Assembly: GCA_040326155.1 (NCBI GenBank)
Contig: JBEQLE010000002.1
Coordinates: 1 to 64,000 of the forward strand
Source: Leptospirales bacterium
GTDB taxonomy: Bacteria > Spirochaetota > Leptospiria > Turneriellales > JAOUFE01
Direction of reading: 5' to 3'
Length of the DNA stretch: 64,000 nt
The position numbers were made by a program, and so were the translations under genes. Of the stretch, positions 22,412 to 31,635 are shown one piece after another. The notes beneath the pieces are model-generated. The model worked only from the letters and a program-made list of their open reading frames with translations. It ran no database searches and was not told the DNA's origin. Positions within the stretch are counted from its first letter, which is position 1. Each line of letters starts with the position of its first letter.

Positions 22412-22534
22412 ATGGTAGAAAGAATCAAAGAAGCAATGATAGGTTTTATTTGGGCACTGTTTGTGCTCTTTATCTTGTTTGTTCATTACACCTTATGTGA
22501 AGCAGTTCCGGTTTTTCGATATGAAGGTTTTTAG
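22412..22534 (+). CDS. DltX-like 40-aa membrane peptide (not in the ORF track)
   Basis: Hand translation: MVERIKEAMIGFIWALFVLFILFVHYTLCEAVPVFRYEGF*. GAGG RBS at 22403-22406, one TM helix, C-terminal FRYEGF; fills the MBOAT-VOC gap. Confidence 0.85.
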   Translation: MVERIKEAMIGFIWALFVLFILFVHYTLCEAVPVFRYEGF

Positions 22535-22537
22535 AAA

Positions 22538-22942
22538 ATGGAATTTCACCATATTGGAATCGCTGTAAAAAAATTAACGGAATCGTCCGTTTTGTTTGAA
22601 AATATTCTGGAAACTGCCTTTTCAAATACCGAAGATGTTGATTCACAAAAAGTTCAAGTGACTTTCGGCGGCGGAGTGGAATTATTGCAGGCGACGGATA
22701 TCCATTCCCCGCAATTTCCCATGATGAAACATCCCATTCTCAGCCATCTCGATAAGCACGGAGAGGGGATTCATCATATTTGTTTTTCAGTTGAAAATCT
22801 GGAAGCAAAAGTAAACGAACTGAAAAAATCCGGCATAAAACCATTGACCAATGATCCGATCATTGGGGCCGGCGGCAAAAAGGCAATTTTTCTACATCCG
22901 AAAGACTGTAATGGGACTTTAATAGAGTTGATGGAAAAGTAA
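22538..22942 (+). CDS. VOC-superfamily protein, methylmalonyl-CoA epimerase-like
   Basis: FHHIGIAV, VELLQ, GEGIHHICF and FLHPKDCNGTLIELME metal-ligand motifs. Confidence 0.85.
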   Translation: MEFHHIGIAVKKLTESSVLFENILETAFSNTEDVDSQKVQVTFGGGVELLQATDIHSPQFPMMKHPILSHLDKHGEGIHHICFSVENLEAKVNELKKSGIKPLTNDPIIGAGGKKAIFLHPKDCNGTLIELMEK

Positions 22943-24427
22943 ATGAGCGATATAATTAATTCCCCCCTCGATTTCTTAACGGAGCATTCATTGAAAAGCC
23001 CCGGAAAATGTGCTATAAGAATCAACAATATTGATTATACCTATGATATGTTTTCACGCGAAGTAGGACTTTTCGCGAAACTGTTCAAGTCGCACGGAAT
23101 CGGGCAAGGCAGTTTGGTTGCAGTATACTCTGATCATGAGTTTGACGTATTATGCACTATTTTTGCATTATGGACAATCGGTGCCGTTTGTATACCAATA
23201 AATCCAACTTATAAAACGGACAAATTACAGCAAATCGAATCGACAGTTCGGCCTGATTTTGGTTTTTATTCTGTTGATTATGATATAACATACGATCGCC
23301 AATATCCGATGTCTTTGATTGAAAAATCAAATGAACCCGGAAATGTGGAGGTTGTACACCCGAAAGCGGATGACCCGGCTATGATTATGTTTACTTCGGG
23401 AACATCGGGAGTTCCCAAAGCGGTCCCCATTACGCATGGTGCGATTGCAAGGAATTCACTGAGTACGGCAAGTCGGCTTGGTTTAACGAAGGAAGATGTT
23501 CTTTTTATTAATACGCCCCCTTATACGACTAGTTCAATTATTCATGTATTAACAATGATGTCACAAGGCGCTCAGACCGTTATTGATCGAAGTTTTTTAT
23601 TTGGCGCCGCCATTATCGATAAAATAGAAGAGCATCAATGTACTTGCTTTGGGGGAGTTCCGATTCATTTTACTCGATTACTTGCTGCCTTAGAAGAAAA
23701 AGATGCACCGAAAAAACTTCATAAGCTAATTAATTCAGGGGATCATTTATCTGTTCCTGTGCTGGAAAAACTACAAAAATTAATGCCGCAGGCCGCCATG
23801 TACTGCATTTACGGGCTTACTGAGGTAGCTGGCAGACTGTGTGTTTTACCTCCGGAACTCGTACGCAGCAAATCAGGTTCCGTTGGATTCCCTATTGAAG
23901 GGATGTCCGTAACGATTAGAGGTTCCAAGCTGGAGCTCCTTCCTGCCGGGGAAACAGGCGAGGTTTTTATTCAGGGCCCGAATTTAATGAAAGGTTACAT
24001 AAATAACCCGGAGGCTAATGAAAAATCGATGACCTCGGTGGGATTTGCCACCGGCGACTTCGGTTATTTGGACAGCGACGGTTGCCTTTATTTAAAAGGG
24101 CGGAAAGACGATATTTTTAAGGTTGGCGGTGAAAAAGTCAGCGTGAAAATGATAGAGGAAGCTCTTGTTGGTTACGAAGAATTTGCGGACGCAATGGTTG
24201 CTCCAGAATACGATGAACACATGGGTAATTACATACCCTGTCTTTATTATGTTCTAAAAAAAGATGCAACCTTTAGTCGTAAGAAACTATTGGGGATACT
24301 CAGGAAACGTCTTCCGCAAAACCATATACCCACAAAGTTTGTGGAACTCGAAGAAATACCGCGAACAAGCTCGGGTAAGTCCATCAGAAAAGTTCCTTCG
24401 CCGGGGCAACCATTGAAGCAACAATAA
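22943..24427 (+). CDS. ANL-superfamily adenylating enzyme (acyl-ACP/CoA ligase), cassette 1
   Basis: FTSGTSGVPK, YGLTE, ATGD, GRKDD.FKVGG and PRTSSGK motifs. Confidence 0.92.
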   Translation: MSDIINSPLDFLTEHSLKSPGKCAIRINNIDYTYDMFSREVGLFAKLFKSHGIGQGSLVAVYSDHEFDVLCTIFALWTIGAVCIPINPTYKTDKLQQIESTVRPDFGFYSVDYDITYDRQYPMSLIEKSNEPGNVEVVHPKADDPAMIMFTSGTSGVPKAVPITHGAIARNSLSTASRLGLTKEDVLFINTPPYTTSSIIHVLTMMSQGAQTVIDRSFLFGAAIIDKIEEHQCTCFGGVPIHFTRLLAALEEKDAPKKLHKLINSGDHLSVPVLEKLQKLMPQAAMYCIYGLTEVAGRLCVLPPELVRSKSGSVGFPIEGMSVTIRGSKLELLPAGETGEVFIQGPNLMKGYINNPEANEKSMTSVGFATGDFGYLDSDGCLYLKGRKDDIFKVGGEKVSVKMIEEALVGYEEFADAMVAPEYDEHMGNYIPCLYYVLKKDATFSRKKLLGILRKRLPQNHIPTKFVELEEIPRTSSGKSIRKVPSPGQPLKQQ

Positions 24428-24447
24428 GGTGAAAGTGATAAAATAGA

Positions 24448-25848
24448 ATGACTATGCAAAGAATAACAGTAATTGGCTTAAGCGGCTCAATACGTTCCAA
24501 TCACAACCATTTTAAAACATTGAATCAAATGATTGTAAAAGCAAAAGATCGTGCTGAATTTACCACCTTATTGAAAAATTCGGATTATGTCTACTCGAAT
24601 ACCGATATTGCGTTATCTGTAGCCCTTCTCGGAGCAAAACAAAACGATGCCGATGTAAAGATTATTTCTCTTACCGATTTATTCCGGCATAGAAATGAAA
24701 AGCTATACGAAAATCTGACGGAGATGGTAACCGTCAATGATATTGAAGAACTTGATACGTTGAGTATTGATCAAGAACATTTAAAAAATATTTCTAACGA
24801 CATTAATAAGGCCGATGGAATAATCATGGGGACCCCGGTATATTTTGGTGATCGTTCATCGGTTGCAAATAAAATATTACAATTAACCAGCATTCAAAAC
24901 CAACTGAGAAATAAGGCAATCGGCGTGGTATCGGTCGGAGCCAAACGCAATGGTGGTCAGGAAACTGCAATTATATATACTCTATACGAAGTCCTGATGC
25001 AAGGTAGTATTATTACGGGAAACGGTCCGAAAACCGCCCAGTATGGTGGAACGGTTGTGGCGGGTGATTCGGGTATGGCGATTGAAGATAACTTTGGTAT
25101 GGACACTTCTTACGGAACCGGGAAACAAGTGTCACAACTATCCAAAATATTAAAAGCGGGCCAAGAAAAATCCGGAGGTTCTCCCAGAGTAATATTTTTA
25201 CTTTCTATGGATACTCCAGAGAAAAAATATAACAAGATTTTAGATGAGTATATTTCACGCCAGCAAGAACTGACCAATTATGAGACTGTCGATTTAACTG
25301 ATAAAAATATATATCGTTGCATTGCATGTAATGTTTGTCCGTCCGTAACAGTTAAGAAAAGGAAGGAATCCGAAGTTTCTCCGTATACTTGTGTTATTCA
25401 AACGGAAAAAGATTACATGAAAGAGCTCCGTTTAAAGCTTATAGACGCTGATGTTATTATTATTGTCGGAGTAAATTCAAATGAGAACTTAACATATCGT
25501 TATCAGGCTTTTATGGAGAGAACCCGGTTTATTCGCAGGGAAGACTTCGAATTGACTAACAAAGTAATAACAAGTTTATTAATTAATGATGTTGGCTCCA
25601 TGCATAATCCGATCTTTGGAGTAAAAGTAGTTACTTCCTTTATTCGCCATAACACATTTATGACTACTCCCTTGCAAATTATGATGCATAATAATACAAT
25701 AATTAGAGAAGACTCTTTAGATGATTCTTTCCCAAATTTCAAGCAAATTCTAAACGGAAGAAAAATGGTACAACCGATCAAAGTAAGTTATAAAGCTACG
25801 GGATATGCAAATAAATCACTAGACAACTCGGAGACCAAACGCCAATAA
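24448..25848 (+). CDS. Tandem flavodoxin-like (FMN reductase/Isf-type) protein with a Cys cluster, cassette 1
   Basis: GLSGSIR, GTPVYFG and GAKRNGGQE in the N-domain; CIACNVC-x17-C in the second domain. Confidence 0.8.
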   Translation: MTMQRITVIGLSGSIRSNHNHFKTLNQMIVKAKDRAEFTTLLKNSDYVYSNTDIALSVALLGAKQNDADVKIISLTDLFRHRNEKLYENLTEMVTVNDIEELDTLSIDQEHLKNISNDINKADGIIMGTPVYFGDRSSVANKILQLTSIQNQLRNKAIGVVSVGAKRNGGQETAIIYTLYEVLMQGSIITGNGPKTAQYGGTVVAGDSGMAIEDNFGMDTSYGTGKQVSQLSKILKAGQEKSGGSPRVIFLLSMDTPEKKYNKILDEYISRQQELTNYETVDLTDKNIYRCIACNVCPSVTVKKRKESEVSPYTCVIQTEKDYMKELRLKLIDADVIIIVGVNSNENLTYRYQAFMERTRFIRREDFELTNKVITSLLINDVGSMHNPIFGVKVVTSFIRHNTFMTTPLQIMMHNNTIIREDSLDDSFPNFKQILNGRKMVQPIKVSYKATGYANKSLDNSETKRQ

Positions 25849-25924
25849 ACTTTCAGGAATGTTTTTAAAGGATATTAAACACCGGGATTTCAAAAAAGAT
25901 AACAATGAATCTAAAGGACATTAA

Positions 25925-26764
25925 ATGAAAAAATATGAATTTACAACAAAAAAGTCGGTTGATTCGGTAATCGAACAATTGAAACTAAACGGAATTGCCC
26001 ATATTCCCGGCTATCTAAAGAAAAATGTAATAACGAACTTAAACGCCGAGTTTGAAAGGTTGCTGACAGAAAAACTTCCATGTACATCAGCTCAAACTAA
26101 ACATCCGATTAATGTGGATGGCCGAGCTGCGCGATTTAATCCGTGGCATTCCAGCGCTGACAAAGAGTTTGCTACGACAACAGCTGTGTATAAGGATCCG
26201 TTTATGAAAGAGGTGTCAGAATCTTATTTCAGTCCTCACAAATATAATTTAAATGAGCAAGTATTTATAACACATGAATTGCCAAGTAAAGTTCCAATTT
26301 TACCCTGGCATATCGATCGTATACAATCATTAAAATTCTGGTTTTACTTGTTAGACACCACAGCTAAAGATGGAGCTTTCGAATATTGTCCTGGGACTCA
26401 TTGGGAAGGAAGATACCGGGCGGGATACCATATGCTCAGGGGAGTGGCCGTTAAAGATCTACCAAATGATATACAAGGTATGTCCATAAGAAATCCGGTT
26501 ACGGTTGAAGCTAATGCCGGTGATTTGTTGATTTTTGATCCTGATGGTTTTCACCGGGGGAGTATCGTGAAACCCGGTGGCGAAAGACGCGTAATGCGAG
26601 GGCATACTTACCCGAAAGAAGGTCGCAGGTATGAAGATAAGCGATTTACACCGGGCTGGTGGTTGAGTTCTCGATTTAATCTGGCCAAAAAATATGAAAA
26701 GCATGGCACACGTATCCTGGGCGATGCAGTAAAAGATGACACCTTAAACAGAAATGCATACTGA
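25925..26764 (+). CDS. PhyH-family Fe(II)/2-oxoglutarate dioxygenase
   Basis: PWHID (HxD), DGAFEYCPGTH and AGDLLIFD...FHRG motifs. Confidence 0.87.
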   Translation: MKKYEFTTKKSVDSVIEQLKLNGIAHIPGYLKKNVITNLNAEFERLLTEKLPCTSAQTKHPINVDGRAARFNPWHSSADKEFATTTAVYKDPFMKEVSESYFSPHKYNLNEQVFITHELPSKVPILPWHIDRIQSLKFWFYLLDTTAKDGAFEYCPGTHWEGRYRAGYHMLRGVAVKDLPNDIQGMSIRNPVTVEANAGDLLIFDPDGFHRGSIVKPGGERRVMRGHTYPKEGRRYEDKRFTPGWWLSSRFNLAKKYEKHGTRILGDAVKDDTLNRNAY

Positions 26765-26818
26765 TGCAATGCACTTTCAATACGATAAACTTAATAAAAT
26801 TATTCTATACCACTTCCC

Positions 26819-27763
26819 ATGAAAAAAATATTAATATTTGGTACGGGTTTTATCGCAAATGCGTTGATTCAGCACATAAATTCCGTTTATACCGGTACGA
26901 AAATCTCTGTTATTTATAACAAGACCAGAATAAAAGGAGAAAATGCCGAAGGGATAACTCAGTATTCCTTGGATGATAATTTGAAAAACGTTCTCTCTAT
27001 AGAAAAACCTTCGTATATTGTATGTTTATACGGAATATCGTTTGTACCATCTAATATTGATCCGATGGAGTCTATTGATAAAAATGTGTTAACTACGCTG
27101 AATTTTCTCGAAATTATATATCAAACTGGTTACGCAGAAAACCTGGAAAAAATACTAATTATCGGTTCTGCCAGCGAATATGGTAAATTTTACAAAGAAG
27201 CAATTTCAGAAGATTTCAAATTGCACCCCACTTCACTTTACGGATTATCTAAAATATTTTTATATAATACTGCACTTTATTATAAGGAAAGAGGGCTACC
27301 AATTGTTTATGGAAGGCAATACAATACTATTGGAGTTGATCAACGTGATGTTTTTGCGCTACCTTCTTTTGCCCGGCAAGTGGCCAAAATAGAAAAAGGA
27401 CTTCAAGAACCCATTATGGACGTAGGTGATTTAACTCAGGAAAGAGACCTTCTAGATGTAAGAGACACAGTTTTGGCATATACTTTACTACTTAAAAAAG
27501 GGGAAATTGGCGAGGTTTACAATATTGCCTCGGGTAATTATACATCAATGGAAAATGTAGTAAATATTTTACTGGAACAATCGAGCATAGCAATGGCCGA
27601 TATAAAAATTGAATCGAATGTGAAAAAATTTTCCGAAAATAATAGTCTGAGCAAAAGATTATGGGGTGATATAAGTAAATTACGATCACTCGGTTTTAAA
27701 CCAAAGTATACGTTAAAAGAAACAACTTTGGATATTTTGAATTACTGGAGAGCGAATGTTTGA
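26819..27763 (+). CDS. NDP-sugar reductase/epimerase (extended SDR, RMD-like)
   Basis: GTGFIA, GSASEYG, PTSLYGLSK, SFARQVAKIE and RDLLDVRD motifs. Confidence 0.8.
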   Translation: MKKILIFGTGFIANALIQHINSVYTGTKISVIYNKTRIKGENAEGITQYSLDDNLKNVLSIEKPSYIVCLYGISFVPSNIDPMESIDKNVLTTLNFLEIIYQTGYAENLEKILIIGSASEYGKFYKEAISEDFKLHPTSLYGLSKIFLYNTALYYKERGLPIVYGRQYNTIGVDQRDVFALPSFARQVAKIEKGLQEPIMDVGDLTQERDLLDVRDTVLAYTLLLKKGEIGEVYNIASGNYTSMENVVNILLEQSSIAMADIKIESNVKKFSENNSLSKRLWGDISKLRSLGFKPKYTLKETTLDILNYWRANV

Positions 27764-29663
27764 CAGCGGAGAAATACGTACTCTATTTAAAGAGAAGCAT
27801 AAATATAAAAAAACTTATATTATAGCTGAAGTGGGAATTAATCATAATGGGGACTTAAACAAAGCTCTGAATTTAATTAAAGCCGCAAAAGAATCCGGAG
27901 TAAACGCAGTCAAATTTCAAAAACGAGATTTAAAAAGTATTTATTCTGAAAATGTACTGAACGATGCAAATGCTTCTGAGTGGACTTTTGAATACCTTAT
28001 TCCACTATTGAAAGAATTTGAACTATCAGAAGATGATTATCTAAAAATAAGAAATTATTGCGATACATTGAAGATTGACCTGATTATTACTCCATTTGAT
28101 GAAAAGTCTGCGGAATTTGTAGCAAATTTGGGTATTAGTGCCTTTAAAATAGCTTCGGCAGATATGACGAATATCCCTCTCGTAAAGAAATGCGCTGGAT
28201 ATAATATTCCGTTATTGATTTCTACGGGAATGTGGAATGACGAAGATATTGAAAAGTGTGCCAACATCTATAAAACTGAGCGTATAGATTTTGCCTTTCT
28301 CCTGGCCCAATCAACATATCCCGCGCCATTTGAATCTTTGAAGCTTGATTATATTAATCGGTTGAAAGAATTTTCAGATGTCGTTGGATATTCTGGACAT
28401 GAACGAGGCACTTTTATTCCGGTCGCGGCTACGGCGATGGGGTGTCAGATTATTGAAAAACATATTACCTTTGATAAAAATGAAAAAGGTCCAGATCATA
28501 AGGCATCCATGTTGCCGGCAGAATGGAATGAAATGGTATATCAGTTGCGTACTTTGGAGAAAGCAAGAGGTTCGCAGAAGAGAGTAAATCAGGCAGAGAT
28601 ACAGAACAAGGAGGCGTTTGCAAAATCTGCCGTACCAATTAGAGATTTGCCCGAAGGACATGTTTTAATCAAATCTGATATTATATTTAAAGCTCCCGGA
28701 AAAGGGATATTTCCACATGACATAGCAAATTACTTTGGGAAAGTATTAAAAAAAACCGTAAAAAAAGAACACTATATTAACACGACCGACTTTGAGGATA
28801 CCATTGAAATTTCTCAATGGGAAAGTTTCCAGTTTTCCAAGCAGTGGGGAATAAAATGCCGCTTTCATGATTTTGAAGAGTATAATATACTAAACAGTCC
28901 GTGCGTAGAGTTTCATTGTTCTCAGACAGATCTCGATATCGATTTTAAACCTGGTGAAGTTTCGAAATCTGAGTTAATCGTTCATGCCCCGGAAATTTAC
29001 GACAGAAAACTTGTGGATATATGTGTAGAAGATGAAACTAGTGTTAAACAATCTTTAGATATTCTTCAGCGGTCTATCGATAAGACGCTGTCTCTGTCTA
29101 AGTATTTTTCGAAAGAGAAAAAACCCAAACTGGTCATCCATGCGGGTGGCATGTTCTTAAATACGGCCAATCTAGTAGACACGGAAGAACTTACCAATAG
29201 GGCAATTGAAAATTTTAAATTGCTTAAATTCAATTCCGATGATATAGATATATTACCCGAGAACTTGCCGCCACGACCGTGGTACTTAGGCGGAGAATGG
29301 TTTCAGCACGGATTTATGCTGGCAAAAGATATGATTCATTTTTGCGACAGTTTAGGTCTGGGCATGACATATGATATATGCCATGCTAGTTTATATTGCA
29401 ACGAATACGACATTGATCTTGCGAGCTATACAAAAGAAGTCATGCCTTTTACAAAACATATCCATATCTCCGATGCATACGGAATTAATGGGGAAGGCGT
29501 ACAAATTGGCGAAGGACATATTGATTTCGAAAAAGTTCTAAAAGAGGTTGAACCTTATCAGTTTACATGGGTGCCGGAAATTTGGAGTGGTCATTTACAC
29601 TACGGCGCAGGTACTTATAAATGTATGCAAATATTAAATTCAAAGTTCTTTAAAGCCTTATAG
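27756..29663 (+). CDS. neuB: NeuB-family nonulosonate synthase fused to SAF and a C-terminal sugar-isomerase-like TIM barrel
   Basis: IIAEVGINHNG, KFQKR, KIASAD, GYSGHE, IEKHIT and GPDH motifs; C-terminal ENLPP, DICH, HIHISDA and VPEIW. Confidence 0.85.
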   Translation: MFDSGEIRTLFKEKHKYKKTYIIAEVGINHNGDLNKALNLIKAAKESGVNAVKFQKRDLKSIYSENVLNDANASEWTFEYLIPLLKEFELSEDDYLKIRNYCDTLKIDLIITPFDEKSAEFVANLGISAFKIASADMTNIPLVKKCAGYNIPLLISTGMWNDEDIEKCANIYKTERIDFAFLLAQSTYPAPFESLKLDYINRLKEFSDVVGYSGHERGTFIPVAATAMGCQIIEKHITFDKNEKGPDHKASMLPAEWNEMVYQLRTLEKARGSQKRVNQAEIQNKEAFAKSAVPIRDLPEGHVLIKSDIIFKAPGKGIFPHDIANYFGKVLKKTVKKEHYINTTDFEDTIEISQWESFQFSKQWGIKCRFHDFEEYNILNSPCVEFHCSQTDLDIDFKPGEVSKSELIVHAPEIYDRKLVDICVEDETSVKQSLDILQRSIDKTLSLSKYFSKEKKPKLVIHAGGMFLNTANLVDTEELTNRAIENFKLLKFNSDDIDILPENLPPRPWYLGGEWFQHGFMLAKDMIHFCDSLGLGMTYDICHASLYCNEYDIDLASYTKEVMPFTKHIHISDAYGINGEGVQIGEGHIDFEKVLKEVEPYQFTWVPEIWSGHLHYGAGTYKCMQILNSKFFKAL

Positions 29664-29828
29664 GATTTGCAGAATTATAATATCATTATTCAAGAAAATT
29701 ACTTGACCGGGAATTTTAACTGACGGGTTAATCTATTACAAACACTTAATGCAGCCGTTTTAATATAAAAAGAATCTGTAAAGTTATAAAGATAAGTCAA
29801 TACTTTTAAAAGTAAAAGAGAGTTCATT

Positions 29829-30515
29829 ATGAAAGCACTAGCGATAGTTCCAGCCAGAGGGGGGTCCAAGCGACTACCCAAAAAAAATTTACGTCATCTT
29901 GGCGGTAAACCACTGGTTTGTCACACGCTCGATGCTGTTCAAGAATCCGAAAAGTTTGCAAAAGTAATTTTGTCTTCCGACGATTCGGACCTTCTCGCTT
30001 TAGCAGAAAACTATGAAATCGTTATACCTGAAAAAAGAGAGGAAAGGCTCTCGGGTGATAAAGTTACCGTACTCACACTGATTAATGAAATCGCCGCACG
30101 TCCTGATATAAAAGATGAATTTGACGTTATTTCTCTTTTACTGCCAACATGCCCTTTTCGAAACGCCTCTCATATTCAAGGCGGCATGGATTTACTCGAC
30201 AAGGATGTCGACGGTGTTATCAGTGTAACTGAATACGAATTTCCCCCTCAGCTTGGCATTACACTCGATAACAATATTATAAAACCCGTTTTCGAACCCT
30301 GTCCTTTAATCACGGGCAACACAAGATCACAAGACCAGGATGTGATATATCGACCAAACGGGGGTTTTTATATTCAATGGATGGAGAAATTTTTAATAAA
30401 TCAAAATTTCTGGAAAGGAAAAGTAAAAGGGTACGCTATGGGTAGAATGGATTCACTGGATATTGATACGGAACTGGATCTTGAATATGCTGAATTTGTT
30501 TATAATAAGAAATAA
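29829..30515 (+). CDS. neuA: Acylneuraminate cytidylyltransferase family protein
   Basis: AIVPARGGSKRLPKKN, PTCPFR, PNGGFY and SLDIDT motifs. Confidence 0.88.
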   Translation: MKALAIVPARGGSKRLPKKNLRHLGGKPLVCHTLDAVQESEKFAKVILSSDDSDLLALAENYEIVIPEKREERLSGDKVTVLTLINEIAARPDIKDEFDVISLLLPTCPFRNASHIQGGMDLLDKDVDGVISVTEYEFPPQLGITLDNNIIKPVFEPCPLITGNTRSQDQDVIYRPNGGFYIQWMEKFLINQNFWKGKVKGYAMGRMDSLDIDTELDLEYAEFVYNKK

Positions 30516-30579
30516 AGTAATAACCGGGCAATCCAATTTCACGCATTATAAAAATTGAGAGCATATCAAGGAGTAATAA

Positions 30580-31536
30580 ATGAACCACTTAGAAAATCTT
30601 CGCAGTAAAATCAAAGGACCAGTCTTTTCTATTGTGACTCCTTTTCGAGAAAAGGACGATGAAATTGATTTCGATGCACTGGAAAAATATATTAATTATG
30701 CATACGAGGCGGGGGCTAGAATATTCTATGTTATGGCTTATAACAGTAGATTTAGCGAATTATCATGGGAAGAGATTAAGGTACTAAATACGTTTGTTAC
30801 GAAAACCGTAAAAGGGATCGATTCAAACTGCATAATGATTACTGCCGATCCGCTACATTGTTCCACTGAGGTTTCCGTCGAGTTTGCCCGACACTCCGAG
30901 CTGATTGGCGCCGATTTAATATCTTTGATATTCAGGGAGAAAGTCTATAGCGACGATCAGGTTTATAACCACTTTAAAAAAATTAACGATTCTACCGGTA
31001 TCGGAATTTTAATCCATGAAATGAAACTGATTTCGGGTTACGGGGATTTTAGTTACAATTGGCCAGTAGAGTCTCTCGACCGCTTGGTTGATCTGTCGAA
31101 TGTTATTGCGATTAAAGAGGATGCAAAAGAAGATGACTTTACTCGAAACGTGATAAACACGATAAAAGACCGTGCCTCCATAGTTCTTGCGGGTGGTGGT
31201 AAATCACAATGGTTGCGATTTGCCGATGACGGTTGCCAGGCATATTTAAATGGAATCGGCGTTTTCGAGCCGAAACTTGCGATCAGGTTTCGGGAGCATT
31301 ATCTAAATGGTAATACGGATGCTTATATGCGAATTGTAAACGAAATTGAAGCTCCGTTTTTTGCGGAAACTGTAAAAAAATTCGGATGGCACCTGACAAT
31401 TAAGGCCGCTATGGAAGCCAGAGGACATATGTCTCGCTATGAACGCATGCCGTTGCAAGCTCTAGACGATGAGAAAGCAAATATTGTAGCCTCGGTATTG
31501 GATAAACTTCCTATTGATGAGCTGTCCGAAAAATAA
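30580..31536 (+). CDS. DHDPS/NAL-family class I aldolase
   Basis: SIVTPF, IDFDALEKY and NVIAIKED (Schiff-base Lys); the usual GTTGE is replaced by AYNS. Confidence 0.8.
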   Translation: MNHLENLRSKIKGPVFSIVTPFREKDDEIDFDALEKYINYAYEAGARIFYVMAYNSRFSELSWEEIKVLNTFVTKTVKGIDSNCIMITADPLHCSTEVSVEFARHSELIGADLISLIFREKVYSDDQVYNHFKKINDSTGIGILIHEMKLISGYGDFSYNWPVESLDRLVDLSNVIAIKEDAKEDDFTRNVINTIKDRASIVLAGGGKSQWLRFADDGCQAYLNGIGVFEPKLAIRFREHYLNGNTDAYMRIVNEIEAPFFAETVKKFGWHLTIKAAMEARGHMSRYERMPLQALDDEKANIVASVLDKLPIDELSEK

Positions 31537-31635
31537 TCCTGAGTCGCTTTATTAATATTTTATCGTTCCATCGATATTCGATAAACAGAAGTTTAAAAAT
31601 TCTGTATATATAAAAAGTACATTTGAACTAACAAT

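Noticed and set aside
19917..24427. Calling the cassette a canonical dlt operon or an NRPS/PKS cluster
   Set aside because: The ligase lacks DltA-specific motifs, no teichoic-acid genes are present, and there are no condensation or ketosynthase domains; only the architecture is Dlt-like.
30580..31536. Housekeeping dapA
   Set aside because: It lacks the GTTGE motif and sits in a sugar-nucleotide module.
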